DNA of 64,000 bases, taken from NCBI GenBank assembly GCA_040954595.2, contig CM082589.2, positions 648,988-712,987 of the forward strand, given 5' to 3'. The stretch comes from Balanoglossus misakiensis (lineage: Eukaryota > Animalia > Hemichordata). Made by a program: the position numbers and the translations under genes. How positions within the stretch are numbered: position 1 is the stretch's first letter; every line of letters starts with the position of its first letter. Below are positions 40,551 to 52,848 of this stretch, piece by piece. Under the pieces are notes generated by a model that saw only the letters and a list, made by a program, of their open reading frames with translations, searched no databases and was not told the origin of the DNA.

Positions 40551-43500
40551 GCAGACAGATATGTTTTATGTACATATACTCTAGTCAGACACTAGCTAAA
40601 ATTTCCATTATACTGCGAAAAAGCAGAAACACTTCAAGCAGATATTGACAGAGTAGACTAAATTATGTGCGGTATTTTACAGCCAGATAACACTACATAT
40701 ATTTGTGCAACACATTTGAAATGCTATCAGATAAATAACACATGATTTTTATAGCTAATCTGTAAATTACAACATTCTGCACATTTAATGGCAGCAGATA
40801 TCCCATTTTACAGAAAGTTTCGTAGATGAAACAGAAACTTAATCATATAATCAAGATTGATAAATTGATCAACTTTTTAAAAAAAAGGGAAGTTGATGTG
40901 ATAGGGGGTGTTTTCAAGAAACAAAATTCCATATATTATTGATTGTGTTGCATGCTGATAAATACTAAGGTCAAACAGTCACTCTGATTGAGATATTTCC
41001 TTTCAGTAACGCTGTTATCAGGTTATTCCAGAATTGGCACAGTATTGGTGTAACCTTAGTAACCAAATACTAGAGTGATATAAGGATTACTGTTATTGGT
41101 CTTTATGCAAACATGTCTCTCTGATACCTGTCATATTGCGGTTACTACTTCGCAGATAAAAACTTGTACAGGAAGATTACAATTCAATGTTTTTTAACAA
41201 AATACTTGAATGAAGTTTTTCATGTTTCATTGCTTTGAGTCTATAGGTCTCATATTCTGTTTGAAAAACAGCCACAAATACGTAGAGATCAAATACATAT
41301 CTGCTACTACAGTTGTGAAATTTGCAGTGAGATATTTATGTATGATAGTTAACCATTAAAATGACAAATTATTCTCTCGTGTGAATTCTTGAAGAGTATT
41401 AAACAGGGTGACAATGAAGGTCAATTGGAAACGGTCATTTTTTATTACTCCACGGCCATCAATACAAACCCCAATGGAGGAAAAACCATGGATTATAAAT
41501 ATCTTTTATAAGACAAGCTGGAATGTTCAGAACAATATCTTTGATGCCCCCAGGGTCGTTTTAATAATTTCTTTTTCTGAGTGTCACAGCTGTGTAAGGA
41601 GGCTGATTATTCCTAATAATCATTAAGAAGAAAGGAAAAAGTCATATTTTCATAGTTAATAGAATATAATTGCTTTTTAATTAGGGAAAAGTATATGCAC
41701 ATCAGAAATAAGGTTTTAATTCTTAAACGAGGCAGACACAGCTGAACGGTCCTAGGGGGAAATTGGGATTGTTCGTTATAATACTAATATTCTATCACTA
41801 CATAATTAGAGTCAAACACTTATCATTGCTTCTGTGTGTGCCCACATTTGAGCAGAATGTCAAAGTTCAGTCAAGGGTCAACTAGGGTCATATCGCTTTC
41901 AGTGTAAAAAGTCACATGTAGGGACATTCAGTTTTGATGAGGCAGCTGTCTTCGGCAAAAAAGTCATATGACAAAACTGATGTATCATTTATTCCATAGT
42001 CCAGCCTGATATAAATGTTTCAAGGGAGTTAAATTATTAAAATGTGCATTCCTATCACAATCATTTATTTTGAAATTCAGAATGGAAAGTTACACTTTAT
42101 GTCAATGCATGAAAGATACCGATTTCTATTAGAAATCAGTTAACCTGGAAATTTTATGGAGGAATTAAATCACATACTTCCTTATCAGAATTTTAATATT
42201 ACATTGTTTGAAAACTGCGTTGAAGAGTCTGTAGACTCTGAACCAGGAAGTCAGAAGCATAAAATTATATATATGGACACACTGACAAAAATGATCTGTA
42301 AATTTATCTTTTTCATTTGAAAATCATAAAATCAACTTTTTAAGTTTAATTTAATAAATGTGAGAAGGTGGGGGTCAGGTGGATCACCTTTTATCCTATG
42401 AGACCGAATCTTTACTATCATCTGATCAGGTACTTTTGATCATTATCTGTAGCTGAAAAATATACATGTAGATTTCAAACAGATACGGGTAGTCATTTTC
42501 ACTGAAACTGATCAATGTAATTGTGAACTGAACAAGATATGTGAGGAGTCTTGATTGCATTTGTTTGGAATAAAGCTTAGTCACCATGGTTGTGCAAAGT
42601 TTCAACTGCAATTTAAGACTGAATTACTCGGCAGTAACATTACACTGCCTTTACGGAGATGGTCTCGGTCTTTTGAATTTATCTTGTTGTATAGATGTTC
42701 ACATTCCTTGGAGAGAAATTGGATTTGAGAATTGCAATGTCACACAGGGAAAGAGTGTAAAGTACTTACATTATTCACACACATCAGCTGCAGATCCGTA
42801 GCACACTACAATTCCCTTGGCTGTTTGTTTTTGGTAGTGAGTTATAGTTTGATGAATAGCAGAAGTGCATTGCCTTCTCATAGGCAGAGAAGGGCTCTTG
42901 ATTGTGCCAAAAATTCTCTTCATAAACACGGTCCACAATTCTCAACCTTTTTTGCACACAACTGGACGTGGTGGTTTTGAACATCTCTGTTCTTTATTTC
43001 CGTAGTCATGGTTTCAATTAAAAAGTGTATGTTATTCTCAACTTACAGATATCAAAGTATGAAACATAGTTTCACTTCCTAAGTGCAAGGGTTTAATAGC
43101 AGACTGTTCTCATCACATATTAGCTTTATGAGTTTCTATCCATTAAAAACAGTGTTCATGCTAACGCTCGCCACATTTTCAAAATGCAAGAAAACATACA
43201 TGTATTGTACATTAGCTTCATGTAGAACCAAGGTTATGACCACAATAGTATCTTGAAGTTGACAATGGAGGTTCTAGTCAGACATGTAGAGTATATGTGT
43301 TGTAAGTTGCTTTGGTGAAATGAATTTAGTTACTGTTTGTATAGTTTAAGTAAAAGTGAAATTGCAAGTGGAATATTGTGTTTGTTTTCACGACTGAGTT
43401 CTGTGCAAAGGTGGACTTTTCACAAGTGAACCATGAACCATGTATGTTCACAAAAGCATACATACATGAACAGACTGGTGTGTATAGCCACACTACTTAA

Positions 43501-44169
43501 GAACTCAAGAAGTCTCATCAATGACAAAAGCCTCCTGTTAAAATCTGATGCCCAAGGGGAAAATCCACATGACCCACGTTTCAATGACACAATCAGACAT
43601 AAATATTTATTACTGTAGATGGGTGAATTCTAAAATATGTAGCTATGTTGATGACCTGGAATGTAGACTACAGTATGCTCTGTTACATCACACAAGTGAG
43701 GTGTCCATGATCACAATACAGAAGGGAAAACTGAAGATGAGAGAACACAGGTTTTTCTCATTATGGGATGACCTCTGACCTGTTCATGGGAATGTGTGGC
43801 GTGTGGACCAGAAAACATTAGTAGTGCAATTGCGCTTGGATGCAGTGTTAATTAATTCAAACCAAGAGATGACTTCAAGAGGAAACTGATAGACTACAAG
43901 TGTATACTGGATTAGTTTACGGTTGACAGGGCCAAATAATGGATGATAAACATATTTCATTTATTTCATTAATGCAATTCTAATCATATTGTAACTCAAA
44001 TGCTGGGAGTTAATTGGAAATATTGATTGTATGTCTGTTACCGTGGCTACTCTTGGAAGAAAAAGTGTAATGATGAGTGCAATGGTACACTGTGGTTTAA
44101 ACACACCATCGACGATAGAATATCTCGTTCTGGCCAATTGATGCTGCATGATCTCGAGAGAAAATACAC

Positions 44170-44452
44170 AACCAATGCAATGTGCCGTCTAGGCCAATAC
44201 AACACAGCAGAGCACAGCGCCAGTGTGCCCTCTGACGTCTCACCAATATGACAGACACACCACTGAATGATGTACACATGTAGTGTGCTCTGGAAAGCCA
44301 ATACGACACACCACTAGGCAGGATGCCCTCTAAGCCAATACAACATCGCCAATACAGTGGCCCTCTAACCAACACTCCACGCCACTGATTCAATGCAACT
44401 CTCGAAGCCAATACAACACACTACCAATGCAGTGTACCCTCTAATACATCTA
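44170..44452. repeat. Degenerate minisatellite, unit ~35-60 bp (AAGCCAATACAACACAC..CAGTGTGCCCTCT)
   Basis: About 6 diverged units recognisable by GCCAATAC(A/G)ACA and (G/A)CCCTCT anchors. Confidence 0.75.
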
Positions 44453-45559
44453 ATATAATATCATGAAATAGACCACTTTTACCTCTGCACTCAATCAGAA
44501 TTCTAAATTGCGTACATGTACGTCTGCCAAACCAAATTAAGCTGACAGACACAACAAGACTGACTTGGAAGTGTGATTATTAGCGGTAGAACCCGGGAAG
44601 CACTGTTAAGCACAGATGAAATGGTTTTCTCGATTTATCAGCTATGGATGAATGAAAGTCCTCTTTCAGTCGGAGTTAACAGATGGCTTTCCATAATCTC
44701 ACATCAGTTACACTTGACCTGAATCACACTACCATATTAAGCAACTATTAAGGTACTCTACATCCATTAAATGCCTTCATTTAGAGAGTAGTACAGATAA
44801 CGTTACATTTGTACATTTCAATCTTGCCATTCTAGAGTTCTAAAATTGCATATTATAATTCAAACCTTGCAATTTCACATCAGAAAATTTAGCATTGATA
44901 AAACAGAATAGTGCTGCTATATAATTATAAGTAATATATATACAAGTGGTTACGTACAATGAAATTCCATTTCTGATGAAAATTTATATCACATTGGTAG
45001 ACCGTGGAAATCAATAATTCCCATGTGAATAATGGTCAGGCATGGGCAATTATTTTCAGTTTTTTTCTGGGTGTGAAAACTATATTGATTATTTATATCT
45101 CAATACAAGCCTTGTAAAAAGTGTGGCAATGACATTCTGAATGAAATGAATGGCTTTTTTGTTGAAAACATGTTTTTCTTTAGTCTGGTTTCGTAGCAGT
45201 TACTTAAAATGGAAGAGAAAGTAAATGAATGGATCGCCCTCGCTGCAATGTTGTATAATGCTCTACACAATTACAATGTAGTTTTAAAAAGACTAACAGC
45301 TCAGAACAATGGAAGGGCGTTACTAGGACTTCGGTATAGATCGTGGACCGCTGGAAAAACGTGATATTTTCTACATCACTCCCCAATTAATTAAACATTT
45401 ATATTCCTTTTAATACGATGCAAATATATATATTTCCACTAAATCTTTACTGCAGAAGATTACGATTTCATTTCTCCTGACCTAAAACACACAATGCAGC
45501 AATAACACTATTAGATTATCCAGTTTTACTTCCAGACAGGTTGGGATTGGAGAGATAAG

Positions 45560-45573
45560 GTTGCCATAGCAAC
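45560..45573. promoter_or_regulatory. Consensus RFX X-box GTTGCCATAGCAAC in CYRI intron 1
   Basis: Matches GTTGCCATRGCAAC; binding untested. Confidence 0.55.
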
Positions 45574-46800
45574 AACATCCCTCTAGTCTCTATCAGCCTT
45601 TTTAAACTCGTTACCTCAAACAGATCTACCATAACCATATATGGTCATTAGTACCAGAGTGGTATTAAATTGGGCCAGGGTGTTCACGTTGCATTACCTC
45701 ATCATAAAATACAATTTTATCAGCAGTGAATATATTTCTGTTTTATGATGTATAAAACTTCAAATTAAATACATTGATTACTTACAGTGTGGATTGAAAT
45801 AGTCTATAAGACGATTCCTGGTGCCGGTAGTGAAAGAGATACAGTACAATCACATGCTGGGTTCAATCGATGAGTGAGCCCCAAGGTATGTCAAAAGCAT
45901 GTACTCACTTTCAGCTATTGTCGGTTTCTAATCAAAATATCGATGCTCGCCAGCTGAATTTAAGAGTCAATAAAATAATTCTTGAAATCATTACTAATCA
46001 GTTGTATTTTTCTCAGTTGTAAGGTGTATCATAGCACTACAATATGATAATAAATGCTACATTAAACTAAATATCAGAAAATTATCACATTATATCTTGT
46101 TTTTACATTATGGATTTTTAACATTTCTAATTTCAATCAATATTGAGCTTCATCTAAGCTGAACATAATCAAATTACAATGGACGATAATTAGTATTCAT
46201 GAAATGTCACGAAACTTTCTTGATCCAAATTTACGTTTAGTCACATGACAACTTGACATGTGTGATGTCTGTCGGGAATTAAGGGGTCATTGAACTTTCC
46301 CTTTCAAATGTTAATATTTGTTATTACAAGTTATGCACCGGCGATGGCAGACTGCAAGATTAATAACCGTCTCACCTGATCAAACCAAATATGGCAATAT
46401 TTCCAAATATGGAATTCAGGAAAGACACGCTTCACCCCAAATATGGGCGACAGGGTCATGTGACCTTTACGAGGAAGTAATAATTCTTATGAGAGCCTGA
46501 AAATTTGAACCTATTATTAGATCAATTGATAAATAAACGCATATTTTCCCAAAAATTTACAACGTTCTGTTGAGTGATTAATTCTGCACAATATTCCTTT
46601 AAAATTTCATTCTGTATTTAATACAGTTGATTGATCAAGCTCAGTTTATTTTCAAGATATGTACGACACCTCAGGGACTACATTGCAGTAAAATTGCCAC
46701 CTTCCCTTGTCATTTAGTTCCCTGGTTCTGTGAACTTATTTTACATGAAGTAACTCGGCACGTTACATCCTCATTGTTTGATAAACAGCTCACTGAATTT

Positions 46801-46922
46801 CTCTCTCTCTCTCACATACACACAAGCACGCACTCTTTCTGTCTACCCCTCCCTCTCTCCACCTCTCTCCATTCTCTCTCTGTCAGTCTGCCCCCATCCC
46901 CTCTCTCCATCTCCCTCTCTCT
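46801..46922. repeat. Polypyrimidine (CT) tract
   Basis: Directly visible. Confidence 0.85.
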
Positions 46923-49900
46923 ACCAAGCACTGGGATCACAGATATCATCAATTGTCATGATAGATGGTTCCCTATTGAGATCGCAAAGATGTAACACAG
47001 AACAGTGATTGAAGACATCTGCTGCTATTTTACAGAATATCACACGCTGTCAAACTGAACACTCAGACTGTGTCTTGCCACAAGCACTTTTCTACTTTTT
47101 CACACCCATGTGAGAGAAACAGGTGAAGCTCGGGTTGATAGACTAGACTTCCTGGTGGTCTCCGCTTTTATCCATTCTGGAAAATCCGGCATCATCCATA
47201 TCATTCAGAAAACAAGGAATAACTAAAATCAGAACAAAAACACTAATCTACATTAATCTGAATAATACAACCTATGAATATTAAGTCACTATGGCAGATA
47301 ATTAAATTATTCACACACATACATTGTTCACTGCATCTCAGAAATCAGAGAAGAAATTTTGACACAGATGGCAATAAAAGTATAACCGGTTACAAGTAAC
47401 ACGTGTGTCCAAGGAAAAGTGTCCCTGATTTTTTAATTGAACTAATAATTTTCACAGCTGGAATTTTTTTCCTGACAGCCAGTTTCTGCCAGCTGTTCAG
47501 TATCCCTGGGAGTTACTCTTCAACTTGGACATATGCTGGGTTAATAGAGTACTTAACGCTAGGCTGGTACAGTTCTATCAGCCAACTGACACAAGGGTAA
47601 TACAGGCACTGGGTTAGCACTAGGTATCTGCAATTCCACATGTAAATGTTGACTGTCAATTTGCATGATCAGACCGTGTGATACCATTGGAGCTCTCAGC
47701 AAATGTACAGGTCCACAAGTAGATCTATCAAAACACTACTTTCCAAATACGACTCTATGATTCTATCATTAGTGGGGAAAAGTGCAAGCGTGGAATTAAA
47801 TATTGGACTCTAAGCTCCGAGAGTTAAAACATTTGATGGTGAATTAATTTCCCAAAGGAGTTCTTAACAAGTCAGAGTTCAACTTTTCAATTGAAGCTAA
47901 TTTTCATATGCTGTTTGATCGCAGAAAACGGACACATTTCTGACAAATTGACTGGTTCACTTTCCTGTTCATATTTCTTGCTACTTGTGCAAACCACACT
48001 GAAATGTACATACAGTATGTACAGTTGAAAAATACATGACCCATGAACAAATGTGTAGACCAAAGTGAAATATATGGTTGAAATATACATAAGCCATAAT
48101 CACCTGTGTGTGATGTGGAATGAACATGTTCTAAGTGTCACTATGATACATTTGGTGAAATTTCATGTAGACAAAATGAAGTACTAAAATATTCACATAA
48201 ATTTACATTTTGTCATCAAAGTCTCACCATATCAACTTGACTTCATTTTAATGTCTGTTTCGCCACTATTATTGTGCCAGCTGTCAATTTGTTTGATACA
48301 ATACTCAATAATTCATTTCACTTTCTGTCAAAGCCATTTTCATCCTCATTAGGCATCTCATTTTTACTCTAATTGGTCAATTTGCCAATTATAGTCTTCA
48401 GGAATTGCAGTGACCTAATTTTGACTCTGTCAAACATCGTATTGATTTCTGTGCGTGCATATAAAGAGAACAGTGTCATATTCAACTAAAACCATGTCAT
48501 TTTCACCAAAATTTCACATTGCAAAGAACACTGACACTTTTTTTCTACTGGTTTGACTTTACATGATTTCAAATTCGAAATGCAACCACTTTCTCGCTAC
48601 ATTTCAATATGACAGGGTCAGATCAATCAAAAGCCCATTATTCATATTTTCTTTGACAAAAATGACTGCACAATGGACGCCCTACTTCTTTGTGGGTGCT
48701 GTTCTTTGTCAAGGGTGCATTAACCATTTACATGAAAGTCATTTTAAGTCAAATTTCCATTTCTCAACTCGTACCAGTCAGACTAGTTTTGACAAGCCTT
48801 CAAACTATCTGTAAATCTTACTAAGTAATCTGCAGCTGTTTTGTTGGCTATTTTCTCACAAGGCTGACCAGTCAAGAAGACCTGGTCGTAATTTTCTGTC
48901 ATTGTCATTGTCAATGTTCTTTGATAATTAAAAGGCTCTATTGTTCAGTTGACCTTCCTTTGTGTGCAGTTTAACACCAAATTGTTTTTGACGTACGAGA
49001 TACTTTTGTACATTTGTTGGTCAGTTGCACATGAAATGACCCATAGACTGGTCACAACTGACCAGTATATAGACATGTACATGTATCAAGTGACCAGTTT
49101 TTGGCCAGTGGTCATGAAGTGACCAGTCTCTAGACACACTTCATGAAGTGACCAGTCTCCACAAACATTCTGTTGCACACAGTGCCACATTCTACTGTAA
49201 CTTCCGGGTCTTCTGGTCACAGGCTAGGGTACACGTCCACCACCCTTCGCAAACATACATTCCTCCATTTGGGTTGTTTGATAACTTGGTGCATGACCAC
49301 TGATTAACTGTAACACTCTGGCAACCACTTTGAACACTTGCCAAGATATACCTCCACAATGTATGCGTACTGTACTTCTACAGAACATTAAGTCAACACA
49401 CAGACCAACTATACATAAGTTCAGGTATACTGTGTACTGTTGGACATCAGGTTTGCTTCCCTGAAATAACAGATCAGCATTGGGATTTCTAATTGTCCAC
49501 AATTTTGTTTTAATGTCAAGCCTATTTTTGTCTACAAAAATATTGAACTGGAATAAAATATTAAATGGACATATTTCATGGGAAAAGCTATGAGTGGGTC
49601 CACTGAATGAGGTTCGTTTCATTCCACAGACATTTAACGAGACCCTTCAGGCAAAATGTAAAGTAACAGAATAAATTGTGTAAATGCCTCGAAGTTATCA
49701 AAATCTCCTGGTTGAGATTTACAGTTCTTATTATAATTTTGAGACTATAGGTACAGAATGTGATCAAATCATTTCATTGGATTGCAAACCACACACAAAA
49801 CAATTGCTTTATTACATATTGGTTGTAAAATCGAAATAACTGTTTTATTTTGTTATTTACATCATGTCAATGACAGACATGATGTTATCAAATTGTGATT

Positions 49901-51683
49901 GAAGATCTGAGCTCTATTTCACTTTGATATAAAATAAGACCATAACCTTTGATCTCATCTAGTGATGACCTCTAGAACAAGGAAGTAGCCACAGAAATTG
50001 GCCTACGTCCATGGTCAATCATGAAATACAGACACGGCACTAATGTGATATAACATGTATTTATTTCATGTGCTCCCATCCAAAAAGCCGGAACAGTTCC
50101 ATTATGACTGCCCAACAACACCATGGATAGCCTTCTATGGTCAACTAGCTGAAAACCAGGAAGTGACATAATATCCAGGAAAACTAGTTGTTGTCAAGGA
50201 CTATGGTCAAAAATCACAGGGAAGAAACAGCACTGTACTCTTTTATCAATATACATGTACTTTGGTACAGTAATATAATAACCCTTGGTGTGTGATTTGG
50301 CTCAGAATATGGTGAATTTTGACTTGTGCCTAGCCAGTTTCAGACAGCGAAGTTGTCATCATTAGAAACCTACAGCTAGGTACCAGACTGAGTGAAATGT
50401 ACATGGGTAGTCTGTTTCCAGAATTGCTCTATTTCACATTGAAACATACATCTGTCAATTTCATCTGGTCTCTAGAATTAAACATGGCCATCATTGCAAA
50501 GAACTGAATGACAATTATATCTGTTCATTTCAGTTAATTAACAATGCCATTGTTATGAAAATGACTAACATCATGGCTTGTATGAGCTTTTGTACATTTA
50601 GGAAAAACTACGTCATTGTAATTTTCACATTCATGGGGTATAGCTTGGGCAATGGTTATCAATGGCGGTGATCAGAGTTTCTAGTTCCAGCTGAAAATAG
50701 AAACTGTAGCCTGCCAAACAGTTCTGATTGGCTGCACCCAGGGTGGCAATGGATCAATTGTCACTGTTTAGCTAATTTAGAACCCCAGCAGCTCTGATTG
50801 GTCAAAATTTCTGCCATCTGAAGATGGCAGACCACACCACTTCTGATTGGTCAATTACGCTCTGCACTCTTGGAACAGGTGACTGGTGTGCAACTAAAAC
50901 AATTCTAGTTGGCCTGAGAGTTGACCTGATAATGACAAACTGTTCACACTTTGACGTATCTCAACATAACGTTTTACCGTTACTTTTAAGGTCATCAACT
51001 CTGCTGTGTTTGAGCTAGATTAAGCTCATTTTAAGGGGAAAAAACACTGTTTACTTGTATTTTCGACGGTAATTGTGAAAATTTAAGACCGTAAAATACG
51101 TTCTGCGGTTACTTTTAAGTTTAGCACGGTGTCTGAAAGGCGGAAATAAATGTATATTATCTATTGCGATGTTTGTGAAATAGTAGTACAGATGAACACA
51201 AACTCTACTTCCTTTCGACTTCCGCAAGGCATAATCTTGACACTCGACCTTGGGTTGCCAAATTTGTCGCTTCTCTTCGACGCTTGAATTTCTTAAGTCA
51301 ACTGAAGAGTGTAATGGATTTTAGTATCTATATTCGTCTGCTCTCTTGCTTAAAGAGGTTAAACTTCGGCAATAAAATATAATCTTGTGGTGGGATAGTG
51401 TTTTTTTGACAAGTGTTGGATCGCCATTTTGTGCACGTGACAAAACATAATAGGGAGCTTCAGTGTGGCCTGGGACGCTACTTTTAAGTAGGACACACGC
51501 CTTCCCACTATTTTCGGGAAACACAGAACAATTTAATGTGTTGGCAGAATCGGAGGCCAACTGAAACCCAAACGTGATCATTTCTGGCTATGTTACGCCT
51601 CGTTGCTTGGGTCCCGAAATGTCATTTGTCGACTGCAATCGTTTGCAAGCAGCCGCCGTTCAACTCCCACGATACACACTCAC

Positions 51684-51880
51684 CTGAAAAACTGAATGAC
51701 AAAGTCCTTCAGCAGATCACTCGATATACACACTGTTTGTGAAGTCCGAAAACAACCAGGCAGTAGCTTATATCCTCCTAAAACTCGACAGTTTAGAGGG
51801 AAAGCCCTTGTCGTAGATGTTTGTTCTCGTATTTCCGGGTTGTGTAGCTATGTGGTTTGGCCTGCAGATAAATTTCCGAT
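51684..51880 (-). other. CYRI: Putative non-coding first exon of CYRI (5' end approximate)
   Basis: Perfect CAG|GTGAGT donor on the - strand at 51683, in a CpG-richer island next to an ETS-type CCGGAAAT (51831-51838). Assignment to CYRI is inferred. Confidence 0.55.
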
Positions 51881-52330
51881 GTGATCGTTCAATGTTGAGC
51901 AATGACAGCCCATAATAGTCAGCTAAATGAAATGAACATTTTTTAGTCTGCTAGATTTGCAGAGCGCCCTCTCTTGTCACATTTGTAGCCTTTCGTTTCG
52001 TTTTTTCTTAACAAATGATCCTTTCCCGCGTAATTCACAATCAGACTAGTTTCTGGTATATTTTGAGGAATGTTTCAAGAACTATGCACTCTTTCTTTAA
52101 AGAACGTCACACTGCTCAAGAAATGACAACATTTGATGCAAGTGTAGACCCCCGGGGCATGGCAAGGGATGCATGCTGTGCGATGACGTCACTCCAATAA
52201 AAATTGACACAAATCGTCGTCTGCTTCTGTGTCGCTTTCGAAGATGGCTATCCGCAGTCAGAATTCCGTCTTTCTGCGGTTCCATAGGACGAACAGCATT
52301 ACAAATGTACCTTAAATATATTAAATAGAG
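51690..52330. promoter_or_regulatory. Putative bidirectional promoter of CYRI and the RAD51AP2-like gene
   Basis: Divergent consensus donors at 51683 (-) and 52331 (+, AG|GTAAGT). ETS motif 51831, CTCF-type motif 51962-51979, CRE TGACGTCA 52184-52191, CCAAT 52194, YY1-type AAGATGGC 52241. Confidence 0.6.
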
Positions 52331-52769
52331 GTAAGTGAATACTAACAAATGTGTAGTTCTTCGTGTGAGAAACGCACGGTTTGATAAAATTGTGTATTTT
52401 CCAAGATTACCACACATCAACGAACTCGACAAACTTGACCTGCCTGCTCAATCCTGAATGAAGCATGCTGTTCAAATCTATTCTAATAAAAAAGGCGCTA
52501 GCTGGAGTTGTTGTGTCTCTAATAAACTGGTTTAAAACGTTTTCATTATGTTATGTTTTCATACAATATTAGCTTTCCAAATCATAACTAAAACGGAATG
52601 CATAGAAAAATGATATTGACATGTTTGTATCTTTCCTGTGAACAATGTCATTTCAGGTGTACAAAATCTGTCATATTCCGAATTTTACTGTACAAACATA
52701 AACATTGTTTTCCAAAGATAATCACTTGTGTTCAATTTATAGATACATACAGATGTTGGACCAAAAATT

Positions 52770-52848
52770 ATGTCATTGAAATTAGATCAACAAGTCCCAG
52801 CTGATGAATATGAAAGTAACACCAATCAAATTTCAAGGAGTCAACAAG
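52770..52848 (+). CDS. RAD51AP2: RAD51AP2-like coding exon 1 (MSLKLDQQVPADEYESNTNQISRSQQ)
   Basis: Acceptor tttatAG at 52742, ATG at 52770, AAG|GTAAGT donor; phase 1 fits the next exon. Confidence 0.6.

Noticed and set aside
44170-44452. CRISPR-like repeat/spacer array
   Set aside because: Eukaryotic intron, degenerate units, similar rather than unique spacers, no cas genes.
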